From: Dipteris shenzhenensis
Taxonomy: Eukaryota
Assembly: GCA_047967505.1 (NCBI GenBank)
Contig: CM106538.1
Length of the DNA: 64,000 nt
Strand: one strand, 5' to 3'
Below, piece after piece: positions 25,460 to 38,539 of the stretch. The translations under genes and the position numbers were made by a program. Numbering within the stretch: position 1 is the first letter of the stretch; the number at the start of each line of letters is the position of its first letter. Under the pieces are notes generated by a model. The model was not told where the DNA came from and made no database searches. It saw nothing but the letters and a program-made list of their open reading frames with translations.

Positions 25460-28400
25460 TCATAGGATAGTAAACAGGATACCTGAATATGAAATGCTCC
25501 TCTGTCTCAACCTCCTGCATGTCACACAATGTGCATATGTGCCTCTCCTTGGGTAGCTGCTCTGCTCTGCCGCTCTCGATACAAAGTTTGTGTGAAGAGA
25601 CGCTGGACTGCCCAAGAGAGATCCTCAGCGAGTGGGGTAGGTGAATCTATGTGTATCCTGGTGGGTCAATGAAACCCTCCGCTGTGATATGTAAGAAGTG
25701 ATCTCTGTAGAAGCTAAGCTTCACTAGGAGTTCACTCGGTCCCAACCAGGTCCGAAATGTGTGTAGCTGTAATAGATCGTCAGGGGTAACCTAGCTGACC
25801 TCGTGTGATTGGAGGGGAGAAAACGGAGCATCCATGCTGTACTGGAAGGAAGGTAGTCTATCCACGTGGAGCCCTAGTGGCTTAAACCATCTCTCTGTGC
25901 GTGCATACCAGCACCTCTGGTCCCCTCCTGCTGCAAGTGCCATAGAAGAGGACAGAGCTATCCATGGTAGCCTACTACGCTCAGAGGTGTAATCCCCATA
26001 CTCCCTGACTTGGTACAGGATATGTGATGACCTGAAATGCAGCATCTAGCTGTAAAGGGAGTGACCCAAACCAGCCTGAATGATCTCGTGAGGAACGGAT
26101 GGCTTACCACGAATCATCCGTGCTAACATGAGAACCTGTAGCCTAACATGACACTCTGTATCCGACAAGTCTGGCCCCCAACATGGGCTGCCGTACATCC
26201 CTGCTGGACGAACGAAGGAGTCAAAAAGCAACCCCTTGGTACGTAGATCCTGAAAGTGCGAGCGGCAGCACTGCCTCTCTAATTTGGCCAATCAAGCATA
26301 CCCTCTGCACAAGCGTGCCTGGATCGCGGGTCTCATAGTGAAGATGGGTCAGGAAAGATAACCCCAAGATAAGTGTATGATGAAACTATCTCATCAGGTG
26401 ACCCATCAAATGTGAACTGCTCCTGGTGCATGATGGCTCGAGATCTATTGAAGATCATGACCTTGATTTTACCCAGGGTGACCTTCAAATCATGAGACTC
26501 ACGAAAGGATTGTAGTGCGTCAAGGTGTCTCTGGAGCCCCTCTGCTGAGGAAGACAAGAGAGCCACGTCATCTGCGTAGAGCAATATCCGGATCAGCGTG
26601 CGTGCAAGAGAGCAACCTACCCACCGTCTGTGTCAACATCACTGTCTCAAGCTCGTCAATGTAGAGGCCAAACAAGGTAGGCTATAATGGACACCCTTGT
26701 TTGACCTCAATAGTGCTCATGATCTCGTGTGTCCACCCAAATCTTGCCCGAACTTTGCGTGGAAACTCTCTCGTAAAGTGCCATGATAGCCCAAATGATC
26801 TCCTGGTCATAACCCAAATCTTATAGGCTCCGTATGAGGCGGACTCCCGGAACCATGTCAAATGCCTTGCGAGAATCACAAACAACAATAAACCCTGTGC
26901 TTCCATGCCCTCGCCTCCTCGATGATACATCTGAGCGCGAGAATGTGGTCCATGGTTCCATGATCACGTCCTAATCCGGCCTGTTCTGGTTCTTTATGTC
27001 CTCGACACTCCGCAAATTTGCTGACCTCGGAATCTCAAGTACTAATGCATAAATCTTGCACATGACATGTCCAATCATAATGATCCTATAGTTCTCCGAG
27101 CTCATGGGATCCCCTGCCTTGTGGATGGGTGAGATAGTGTTAATGGTCCAGGTGAGACCCCAAACAAACAGCTTCATTAATGAGCTTTGCTAAGATCGGG
27201 GCTAGGAGGTTAATCCCATATGCAATGAACGCAGTGCATAGCCCCTCATGATCCTTGGCTCGGCCATTATGAAGTTTCATTACGGCATCTTCTACCCCTC
27301 CTCTAGTGAAGAGGGTGCAGGATGTGGGGCATGGCATGTGTGACTGGCTGATTTGGGATGTCATAAAGTGTACGTGCATAATCAAATCAGATCTGAGTGT
27401 CAATGAGTGGTGAGGGGGAGCGTTCTTTCTAGAAATCTCCGCCATAAGTTCTTAGAGTTGTTACTAAACAAAATGTTCAGTAGCTCCTCCTCGTTCCGAC
27501 GAATGAAGTCTAGTTTCTTCCTTAGTACCAGTCTACAGTACTCGCGTAGCGTATCTTGTTCACTCAGAAGATTGTTTTTGGTTTTGAATTTGAGCTGACG
27601 GCGTAAAGCCTTACACTCATCATCGTACCAGCTCCTTATGTAGGGGAGGGGGCAGGTGCCCTACGGGGGTCTGTAAGAAGTCGTCTCTTTCGTACCACTG
27701 CCCACTTTTCCTCCTTCCGGGCTTGAACCCGCTATTACAGCAAAGAGCGTCTCTCCTCAACCTGTAGAGGGGTGAGGTCCTCATCCATGGAGATCGCTGG
27801 CTGATCTCGAAGGACCGACCTGCGTCGTAGAGCTGAAAGTTGTGCCTAAGTGTCATGGAACTGTATGATGAGGGGTTGCCCTTGGTTGGGGTCTCTCCCC
27901 ATCCGCCATGCCCTCTCTATCCTGTGCTCAGCCACACCTAGAGTAGCGGCCACGAAAGCAGTTGCATCTGCCATCAGTGTAGGCTCATTGCGTGGGATCC
28001 CACCTACTCTGATATTGAGAGCCTTACTGGCTCTCTACTGTTGCTCCATGAGGGTAGCCGAAACGGTTACCCTTGCGGGTTCTCGTTTGGCCATGTCAAC
28101 CTATTTGGAAGTCTCCTCAATAGCAGATTGCATGCTCACAATCTATGCCTTGACAACCGGGGTACTCCCTGGGACTGTGACCATGGTTGTGACCTCCTAT
28201 CGGAGCTGTAGGATATCCCGTCTAAGTCCTTGAATGAGACCAACCTTCTTTCGAATGGCTCGAGCTTGCTCCTGTATGATGCGGCTTTGCTCCTGGTTGA
28301 ACCGGACCTGCTTTCGTGCGAAGTGAGTCAGCTCCATCTCGCGCTCATGGAAACTATGTATCTCCATGAGCAAGGTCTCCCAGGCCTCCGGTGAATCACC

Positions 28401-31400
28401 CCTCCCGTGTCCTAGCAGAAACTGTGATGGCTGTGGCATGAAAGTGTGGGGTTGAGTTCGGAAGCTGGACGGTGACTGGTGAGCTGGGTGAGGTACGGAG
28501 ATGACAGTGGAATGGATGAGATAGTCCCAATGGGATGTGGGAGCGTGGGCTGACTAAGGGGGAGAGGGGAGAGTGAAGCGTAATGCGGAGCAGTGTATGA
28601 CACCTCCGAAGTAGGTGTCGTAAGTGGTGCTAGAGCAGTAACAGGAGAGGAAGGGAAGGAAACAACCGGCACCACGAGCATAAGTATGTCACTGATAGTG
28701 GCTGTAGATGTAGCTGGGGAAATGGGGGTTGTAGCTGAAACTAGTGCTGAAGTGTAAGATGAAGTCGAAAGTGAGGATTAGAGTGAGCAGAGACTGGTAC
28801 TGGGGCTAAGACTGAAGCGGGGGTTGAAGTCGTAGTAGAGATAGAGGGAGCTGAGGCTGGAACTGAAACTGAAACTGAAGTCGAAGTAGAGACAAAGGGT
28901 GAAGCTGAGGCTGAGGTGGATCCTGCCTTTGCTTTGCTATCTATCCCGATTCCACTTCGGTTCAAACGTGTGTTCACATTCTCAGGTTTCAGTTGTGTCA
29001 TTTGCGTTTTTTTTTTTTGTCGTCTTTCTTGGCTGTGTCCCCCATTTCTCTTGGACTGATTTGTGTCTTCTCTGGTGTAGGTCTTAGTGCCCGATTAGAA
29101 GCGGGAGCACCAGCTCCCCCCCCCCATGGCAGGAAGCACGCCCAGGGTGAGGGGGTGTAGTCAGAGGGGACGAGGCGGAGCGATAGCCGGAGGTGGAGAG
29201 GCTGCTGGAGGTGGAGAGGCTGAGGCGGCGTAGGAGGGACGGGCGGGGAGGAGTGGGGAGCCTAGATGGAGAGCGCGCTGAGGCAGAGAGGGAGCAAGGA
29301 GGCTGGGGGCAGAAGGCCTAGGCCTCTAGGCAAGGAGCCTAGGTGGAGGTCATGACAAGAGAAATGATTATTTAGTTAATTAAGAGTCATTAGAACCTTA
29401 TTATTGTTAGGCGCCAATTTGATGGTGCGGTTATATGTTTGTATTTATGATCAATCCAGCGGTGTAAATAGTACCGCCAAAACTATGTAACATTGGCCAA
29501 TGATTAGTAATAAAGATGTGCACACACGTGTCTAGGTCCTAGGGGCAATAGGAAAGGGAAAGGGTGCATCAGAGTGCATTGAATGGTAGGTGCATGGGTC
29601 ATAGGATAAGGGTAGGTGTAAATGGGAAGATGGAACTTGAGTGATCTCAAGGGACATTAATGAAAGGGTATCACCCTTTCATTCTGAATCTCATGTAGCA
29701 TTCTCTCTACCACATTGCATTCATCCGTCATCTCTCTCCCATCTTGCATGTAGGTCGAAATAGAAACAAGTACTCTCATGAGGAAGCTCTTCCCCATTGG
29801 AGGGCCAATTGGCATTCAAATCCCGATGACACGCATGTCAAGCGAGCAGCACAGCAAACTATCCAGGTTGCAAACATCTCCTTCCTGACGTCCGACCAAC
29901 CTTGAATTTCCGAGGCAAGTTTTCTGAAACTTTTTGGTTTTAAATGGTGAATGGGATGACTCCCCCCGCCGCCTCCCCAAAGTGAATGTACCCTTAAAAT
30001 CCTTAAACCGTGAGGAAAAGGGACTCCCTGTTCTCCCCAACTGAAAGTCGGACCGGAACAAGATTTTAAGGGGGTGATCCACGCATCAAGTACCCCCTAT
30101 AACGGTATCTAGAGCTCCAATACACTTAAAACAAGTAACCCAAATGGAGTGTACCAGTTTACAGCAGAAATACAAGAAGAAAAGCTTAAAAGAGAAGGAA
30201 GAGGAGGTCATTTTAAGTGTCTTCTCAACACAAACGAAGCGGGAGTCGGATAAGTACCACCAACTCTACAACACTTGACTTTTGCTGTAAAATAAATCCC
30301 TTTTTTTGAAATTACAGCGTCATTTTCTCTCTTGTATTACTAAAAGGAAAGAATGGAAGGAGAAGGGAGATATAACAATGAACTTATTCCTTTTTCTATA
30401 TTACCCCAAGGAGAGAGAGAAACAACACCTTCACCCCCTCCTGAAGAGGATGGATTAGGTGAGAGTTACACACATCTGGAGTATGATAACCCACAAATAG
30501 ATTTACAGCAGTCTCTCCTTCAAGAACCTCTTGATAGGGAGTTCTCCTTTCGTAATGAAAGAAGAAATGAGACCAGCCAAGAATAAGGTGATGAGTTTAT
30601 GCCTTCAACTCAAAACCCAGCACACATGGATTATAATCTAAGTGCAAGAGGAAGAGAGGAGATTCTTGTTGATATGCTGATTTTTCAGCTTAGCAATATG
30701 ATTGAGCAGTCCATTATGACAAGATTAGGGACTAAGAGGACTTCAAACTTTGGGGATGAAGAGTTGAGTACCCCTTCTAAGAGGTCCAAATTCCAACCGC
30801 GAGAGAGAATTGAGTTCCCCAAATATGAGGGGGCAAGGGAGGCTGACAAAATACTCAATTGGATTCGCCATTTTAAGCTATACTTTGTCCATCAAGACAA
30901 GACCGAGCAAGAGAAGCTTGCTCTTGCCACATTGCATCTACAGAAGGATGCTCTAATGTGGTGGTCTTTGTCACAAACAGGAAAAGAGCCTATTCATGAA
31001 TGGGCTAAGTTCATGGAGCAATTGAAAGCCACTTTCATGCCACCGAGGCATGAAGAGAACCTAACCTTTCGTTGGTAGAGGTTTAGGCAGTTCGATAATG
31101 AGAGCAATGCAGATTTTACAGCTAGATTTTTCGTAAGATATGAGGTTGAAATGTTTAACCCGACCACGCTTAAGGACCTCACTAAGATCAACAATATACC
31201 CACTTTTAGGAAACCAAACCGGTTTAAGAATAATAAAGGGAAGGGTAAAGCTCTTGTAAGGAATGTGAGCAACCAATCACGTCTTGGACGGGTGCCATTT
31301 TCTTCTATGACCACGCTTAAGGACCTCACTAGGCTGGCTGAAATAGCCGAGAGGAAATTGAATCCTCGTAAACCCTTCAATAAGGAGGGTGGGTCATCAT

Positions 31401-34400
31401 CTAAGACCAACAATATACCCGCTTTTAGGAAACCAAACCGGTTTAAGAATAATAAAGGGAAGGGTAAAGCTCTTGTAAGGAATGTGAACAGCCAATCACG
31501 TCCTGGATGGGTGCCATTTTCTTCTATGACGGACGAAGAGAAGAGGAAGTTGATTAAGGAAGGAAAATGTTTCGGGTGTAAGAAACATAAGCCAGGGCAC
31601 GTATGGCATAAGTGTCCCGTTCTCTTGGCTAAGATTGCCAAGATAAATTCAGTAAAAGGAAAGGCCAAAGCATCCAAACAGGAGGGTGAGGCTTCTACCT
31701 TGTCACCCTCAAAATCTACCGTGACTATTGAGCCAATAGTGAATGCTGTCCATTTAGCTAATACCTTTGGGCCTCATGATCTTTTTAAGGTGTATGGATT
31801 CGTGAATGGACAGAGAATAGTGTTTCTCCTAGATGATGGATGTAATTATGACTTAGTGAGTGATAGATTGGTAAAATTACTTCATCTTAAATGAGAATCT
31901 ATAAAAAACATGTCGCTCTCAGGAGCTTTTAGGGGACACAATGAAGAAGACACATCCATAGTACGGAATATTCCTTTTCGTATACAAAAATATAGAGATT
32001 GAAGGGATTTTCTAGTAGCTCCTTTACAAGACGTTGACATGATTATATGTAAACCATGACGGTATGATTTTAACCCTGCTATTCATCCTCATACTGATCA
32101 TTGTTGCTTTGCACATAAGGATGAAAACATAAGGATCGTAGGGGATCTGATGTGTATACAATTCCATTGATTACTCCTACCTAAGTGAAAAGATTGGTAT
32201 ATACGGGATTCACGATCTTCATATCTCAAAAGAAGATCGGAAGAGAAATGAGTTCCTTAGAGCTTATGAGGATCGATTTTCAAGAGATGACTCATTCGAA
32301 TTGCCTGTGAAGAGAGAAGATGATCATGCCATAGACTTAGAGCCAGGAGCTTCTCCTCCATGTAGAGTCTCATAAAGGATGAACATGATAGAAATGGAGG
32401 AGGTAGAAAAACAAATTGAAGATGTATTTCAAAAATGCCTGATTCGACCAAGCAGTTCTCCATTTGGAGCACCTATATTACTGGTCAAGAAGAAGGATGG
32501 ATCATATCGTATGTGTATAGATTACCGTGCTTTGAATAAACTTACGATTAAGAACCGGTATCCGATTCCAAGAGCGGATGATTTATTGGATATGCTTAAA
32601 GGTGCTAAAGTTTTTAGCAAATTGGATTTGAAATTTGGTTATCATCAACTTCGTATGAAAGCTGGGGATGAGCATAAGACTACTTTTCGCACTCTCATTA
32701 GACATTGTGAGTTTTTGGTCAGTCTTTTGGCGTAACTAATGCTCGAGCCACTTTTAGTAGGCTGATGAGAAGGGTTTTGCGACCGTACTTGGGAAAATTT
32801 GTCATAGTCTTCTTTGACGACATTTTAGTTTTCAGCCAGAATGAGGAAGAGCATAAGGATCACCTTGCTAAGGTGATGGAGCTCCTAAAGAAGGATCGAT
32901 TGTTCCTACATACCAAGAAGAGTGAGTTCTTCAAGACAGAAATAGAGTATTTGGGACACATTGTGTCTGCTGAGGGAATTCGGGTTGACCCTAAAATGGT
33001 CAAGGCCATAGTTGAATGGCCAATACCCAAAAATATACATGAGCTGAGATCCTTCCTAGGGATGTGTAGTTATTATCGCAGATTCATTAAGAATTTTGCA
33101 CGTCTTGCTTCTCCACTTACAGATTTGTTGAAGAAGCATTTCTTGTATGAGTGCGGAGAGGTTCACGAAGTAGCTTTTGAGGAGCTTAAGAGAACATTGG
33201 TCATTGCACGAGTTTTAACACTTGCGGACATGGACAAAGAGTTCTTTGTTGTATGTACAGGTGCGAGTGGTACCTCGATTGGGGCAGTGTTGATGATCAT
33301 GCTTAATCTCCATCGCCCATTGAGACATTTCAATGGAGTCCCTATCTTTGCTTGACTTGACCAAGAGAATTTCTTTAGACTCAATCTCTGCTTGAAGTGC
33401 ACGTACATGGTCATCTTCCAATCCTAGCAGACACCTCATATATGTTGTTGTGGGATTTCGACCCTCAAGATCACCTTGCTTCACCAAGGTCAAAATCCAA
33501 ATCCCTTGCTCGTAATATATCACATATGAGAAGGAGTTACTGGCAGTCATTCATGCTTTAAAGTCATGGAAGCATTATTTATATGGTTCTGCTTTCAGGA
33601 TTAAGACTGATCATCAAAGTATCAAGCACTTTCAATCCTTTGGGCAACCAAATATTGAATATCAGCCAGGAAAGGAGAATTTAGTAGCTGATGCTTTGAG
33701 TAGACGGCCCCAAGTTAATCACATTTTTGTGATTAAGGAGAAATCATTAGGAGCAATGGTTGAAGCTTATCCTTTAGATGAAGACTTCGCTGACATTTAT
33801 GGGAAGATTCAACGTAATGAGGTCGGAGGTTTAGAGGCTTATTCCATCGTGGATGGATACTTATTTTTGGGACGTGCCATATGTGTACCCAAAACATTTT
33901 GGTATCTAGTCATGAGTGAGTTACATGCGAGTCCATATTCTGGACATAGAGGCATTAGAGAGACCATTGACAATATTGAGAGATACTTCCATTGGCCTAA
34001 ACTTTGCAAAGAAGTTTCGACCTTTGTCAGCGCATTAAATCCGACACAAGTAAGACTGCTGGTCTTTTGCAGCCTTTGCCTATTCCCTCGAAAAGGTGGG
34101 AACACATTACAATGGATTTTGTGTCAAGTTTCCCCAAGGTTGGTCAGTTTGAGCAAATTTTCACTGTTATAGATAGGCTGAGTAAACAAGCTCATTTTAT
34201 TCCCTATAAAAAGGAGTTGTCTGCTCCTGAAACAGCAAAGTTATTCATTAGGGAAATCCTGCGATTGAGCAAGTAAAAGAACATATTAAGAAGGCCCAGG
34301 TTCAACAATCCAAGGCAGCCAATAAAAAAAGAAACGAAGTTTATTACAAGGAGAATGATTGGGTTTTACTAAAGATTGATAAAAGAAGAATCAAGTGAAT

Positions 34401-35707
34401 GAGAGGAAGTACAAAACATGTCAAGTTAGCACCAAAGTTTTATGGTCCATTTCAGATTTCAGCAGCTTTATATCCAGAAGAAGGATCCAGAGCGTATGAG
34501 CTGAAATCACCAGCCTACTGGCGTATGAAGAATATCTTTCATGTGAGCAATTTGAAGAGATACCATGGCGATACTTCTGCGTTTTGGGATACTCAGCATC
34601 AAGAAGAACCTGAACTTGAAGATGGGACTGAAGTTCTTACTGCGGAACAGATCTTGTACCATAAAGAGAAGAGTACTCATGGAAAGAAGAGATATATGTA
34701 TTTACTGAAGTTAAAAAACCAGCCAGCTAGTGATGCACAATGGATGGAAGAAGAGTTCTTTACAGATTTTCCACAAATACTCGCAGATTATAAAGAGGTG
34801 ATGCAATTGTAGAAGTAACAAGAGAAAGTGCACGTAAGAGGAAGAGACAAGCAATAATCCAGAAGAGGACTTCTGCTCATTCAAGCAGGAGGGAGTGTCA
34901 TGACAAGAGGAATGATTATTTAGTTAATTAATAGTCATTAGAACCTTATTATTGTTAGGCGCCAATTTGATGGTGCGGTTATATGTTTGTATTTATGATC
35001 GATCAAGTGGTATAAATAGTACCGCCAAAACTATGTAACATTGGCCAATGATTAGTAATAAAGATGTGCACACACGTGTCTAGGTCCTAGGGGCAATATG
35101 AAAGGGAAAGGGTGCATTAGAGTGCAATGAATGATAGGTGCATGGGTCATAGGATAACGGTAGGTGTAAATGGGAAGATGGAACTTGAGGGATCTCAAGG
35201 GACATTAATGAAAGGGTATCACACTTTCATTGTGAATCTCACATAGCATTCTCTCTACCACATTGCATTCATCCGCCATCTCTCTCCCACCTTGCATGTA
35301 GGTCGAAATAGAAACAAGTACTCTCACGAGGGCGCTCTTCCCCATTGGAGGGCCAATTGGCATTCAAATTCTGCATGCATTGCACACATTTGCATTCTCG
35401 AAAAGTATGGTTTTTCACAGCAGCAGTGGGAGGCGCAGCATGAGTGGCAACGGGAGCAGCAGTAGTAGCACCCGCGAAGGGCAAGGCCGAGCTGGAGGAG
35501 TGAGATGGAGGGGTAGCGAGCAGGGGCGGAGTGGGAGGGGCAGTGCTAGCAGGCGGGGCAGGAGTGAGAAGATGGTGCAAGCAGGGTTGTGCGAGTAGGA
35601 GCAGAGGAGGGTGCAGGCGGGGGAGGGTGTAGATGGAGGGGCGGAATAGTCGGCAGGAGGGTGGTGCTGCGTGGGTGGAGGGGTGGAGCAGCCGGTGGGA
35701 GGGAGGA

Positions 35708-35710
<3 letters not shown>
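25460..35710 (-). mobile_element. Decayed RTEX-like LINE with ORF1 and EN-deleted ORF2; its 5' UTR is interrupted by the gypsy element
   Basis: ORF1 remnants at about 27640-29000 (coiled coil, NIRVGGIP, MDEDLTPLQVEERR..KWAV). RT at 25790-27630 (PIHKAGDP..NYR, VKQGCPL, LYADD); Zn finger CTLCD..EEHF near 25480. Similar purine-rich sequence on both sides of the gypsy ends at (GA)n 35711. Continuity across the gypsy is inferred. Confidence 0.8.
29349..35419 (+). mobile_element. Ty3/gypsy chromovirus, decayed, near full length
   Basis: Shared LTR sequence at 29349-29821 and 34896-35369; PBS-like GGTATCTAGAGC at 30104. gag (EFPKYEG..ALMWW), knuckle CFGC..GH..C, protease FLLDDG, RT ([24 protein letters not shown]), RNaseH (EKELLAV..TDH), IN with core deleted, chromodomain (YLLKLKNQPASDAQW), and a PPT before 34896. 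Confidence 0.95.
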
Positions 35711-35760
<50 letters not shown>

Positions 35761-37195
35761 AAGTCTACTAACATCCACGGGAGACCAAGAGGTCTATGGG
35801 ACAACATGAAAGGCATCTAGTACATCAGCTTAGGGAGGGCGCAGGGCAGCTCCCAAGGAGTGCAAAAGCAGCTCCATTTATTTAGAGAGTACCTATATTG
35901 TAGCCTAGATAAAACATACACACATATATATAGTTGGCCTTACATCAGTTTAAGACTGAGAGTCTTTTGGTTTTGATTTAAACTCTCTAATGAATGCTAT
36001 CCTGTCTCGGTAGACTGCCCATTTACCGTCGTTCCGGGCAGCCCGAACCTTTGCTAATTCCTTTGCCTTATCCTTCAGTTGAGCCTTGGTGAGTTCCTCG
36101 GTTATCCATATCTTCGTCCCTTTCAGCTTGTGAGATTGTCACGGAACTTTTATACGTATGTCTCGTGAGTTGAACGTAATGACAGCATGGCCATTACGTT
36201 GACCGATATGAACTACTCGAGCTTCACCGTCATCATTTGGGTTGTCAGGATTGTCATCGGCATCTGTTGTCCAGTCAACAGTAGGCATGGCTGTTTGGAC
36301 ATGTGCTAAGGTATCACTAAAAGAATCATCTTCTTTATACCATCCATCTGGAAGCCCCCCAATTTTGATTTTCAAAGCATTGTCCTTTCTAGCTGCATGT
36401 TCTTTAATCTCTTTCTGAATATCAGCTTTGTTGACCTTTGCATCAAACTCCACAGTCACTTCTTGCTTGGCTGTCTGCATTTCAGTATGAACTAGATTCT
36501 TGACTGTAGAGACTAGTTGGGGGGTAGGGGGGGAAGCATTGCATGACTTTATAACCTCGTCAATGACTTCCTTCTTACCAGGTCCTTCCAAGACTTGAAT
36601 TCTAGCTATGGCATCCGTAAGCTGCATCCTCAGCTCTCTCACTTGATCCTGTAGGAAGTAAATTTGTTCATGATATCCAAGAATTGGTCGGTCAAAAAGA
36701 CCACCTCGTTCATATAAATGTGCATACGGGGAAGGCGTCCTGGCTGCCACTGTGGAGTATCTGGCTTTGTTACTGGAGGCTGCCGGAGTGGAAGGGGTTT
36801 TTGAAGAGGTGGAAGGTAGGCTGGGCCATGATTTGCTCGCCATATCTCCTGTTACCCCCTGGCTGAGCTAACCCCCTAGTGGGCTGGGGGTTCAGCCCCT
36901 AGCTAGGGGTTCCTAATTCAAGAGTTTGCTACAACCAGCTAGGGGAGCAGGGAGCAGAAGCGGAATGGAAGCAAGAGGTATGGGCGTACGGGTACGGACG
37001 GGAGCAGGTACGGACGTGAGTGGGTGCGGGTACGGATGGGAGCGGGTAGAGATGGGAGTGGGACGGGACTAGGTATAGGTACGGATAGGAGCAGGAGTAG
37101 GTACGGACGGGAGCGGGAGCAAGTACGGACAGGAGGGAAGGGGGGGAGGGGGCTAGCAGAGAGGCTACGAGAGGGGGGTTGGAGAGGCTACGGGG
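35761..37195 (-). mobile_element. ORF1-only retroposon with an RTEX-like 3' end
   Basis: Single ORF1-like frame at 35950-36843, a 3' UTR of about 190 nt, family stem-loop at 35773-35803, (GA)n on both sides, and no ORF2. Confidence 0.8.
35950..36843 (-). pseudogene. LINE ORF1p-like protein, 297 codons with one in-frame TGA at 36139-36141
   Basis: Coiled coil (LQDQVRELRMQLTDAIARIQVLE) and KIKIGGLP. Reading through the stop gives QSHKLKGTKIWITEELT..ARNDGKWAVYR, homologous by eye to the ORF1 remnant at 27640-28050. Confidence 0.8.
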
Positions 37196-37227
<32 letters not shown>

Positions 37228-37279
37228 TGTGTGTGTGTGTGTGTGTGGAGGGGAGGCGGAGTGGGTGAGGGGTGAGAAA

Positions 37280-38110
37280 TTTGTCAGTGGCTGAATACAC
37301 AGATAAAATTTGAGAATGTGTAATGAAGGTTTAGGAACCTCTTGCTCAGTCGGTGCAAGGAAAGGATTTTATTTTTGGATTGAATGATAGAAGCAAGATG
37401 GAAGTTTGGTCTAAGTGTGCAAACACTCTAGATGAAGCAATCGCCATAGGTTTGAACTATGGGGATGCCAAAGGGAGCAAACCAAGTGGGTTTGTGCAAG
37501 TTGAGACTTGGTATGAGTTCTCGAAAAAGAGTGGGTTAAAGAAGAAGTGAGTTAGCAAAGGGAGTGTCTACCACCATCGGGGTTGAAAAAAAGTAACTCT
37601 AATGGTAGCTCGGGTTTAGTCAAAATCTTCTTTGATCCCATATTAAAAAGAGAAAGCAAGGAGAGAAGGCTTGTGCTTTGGATGCCTTCAACCTCATCAG
37701 TGGAAAGATTGTCAATGGAACAAGGATCATCGAATGGCTGAGATGGTGATCTCTGAGTGCAACGTGGAGATGGAGGGAAGTCCCAGAGCTGACCATATGC
37801 AGATCCTGCTAGTGAGATCTTCTCAAAGGTCAATACCTATTTTATTGTGTGTGTTGGTTGCTAAGTTTGTAAATAGTGCACCTGATAATGTCCTATCTAA
37901 GCCCGTAGCAACGAGGTATATAGCTTTTAGCGATGGGGGGTTAACTAAGATGAAAGGGCAAGTGGCCAATCATGACGTCATTGTGCACACACTGCAATCA
38001 ACTCCAAGCTTGTAAAAAGAGGCTGAAATTAAAGACTAGTCCATCTGACTGAATATACGGTCAAAGATGGCAGATGGAAGTTTAACTGAAGTCAAGAAGC
38101 CAAGATTCAC
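37280..38110 (+). mobile_element. Ty3/gypsy gag-protease relic
   Basis: VAEYTDK..DFIFGL..TLDEAIAIG..RREGLCFGC..H..C; many stops. Confidence 0.6.
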
Positions 38111-38539
38111 TGGCCACCTCCCTTTGTGAGGTACATTTAGAAGATGCTGTTGTTGCTAAACTTCGATTGTGCCTTCGATTGTGCAGCGCACTTTTGTGTA
38201 ACTGTATTGGAGCATTTGTTCATATTAATCTGCATACTTTCGATTGCTGGCTTTTGTCTCCCCAATCTTTTAGAGCATTCCCTCAAGACTACATGACTCA
38301 CATTGACAATGCATGGAAAAAGGAGGGGGGGGACATGGGAAACAGCATTGATCAGCAAGACAAGAGGTTCTTGTGAAGAGGGCAAGCGTGAAAGGGACCA
38401 ATCTTCATTAATGAAAATCTCATACTTTTGCAAATTGAGCAGCAGAAAAGGTCATTAAGATGGTCATGGAGACAAGGAAAAGGGCAATTGGGTAGTGATT
38501 GGAGCACTACTACTAGTGTACCATACACAAAGTAGGAGA

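Noticed and set aside
29343-35432. Target-site duplication for the gypsy element (gtgga / gtggg)
   Set aside because: The match is imperfect, lies in low-complexity purine-rich flanks, and depends on an uncertain LTR end.
35269-35816. Pro/Ala-rich extensin-like ORFs (also 36929-37300)
   Set aside because: They are translations of (TC)n and pyrimidine-rich LINE 5' UTR sequence.
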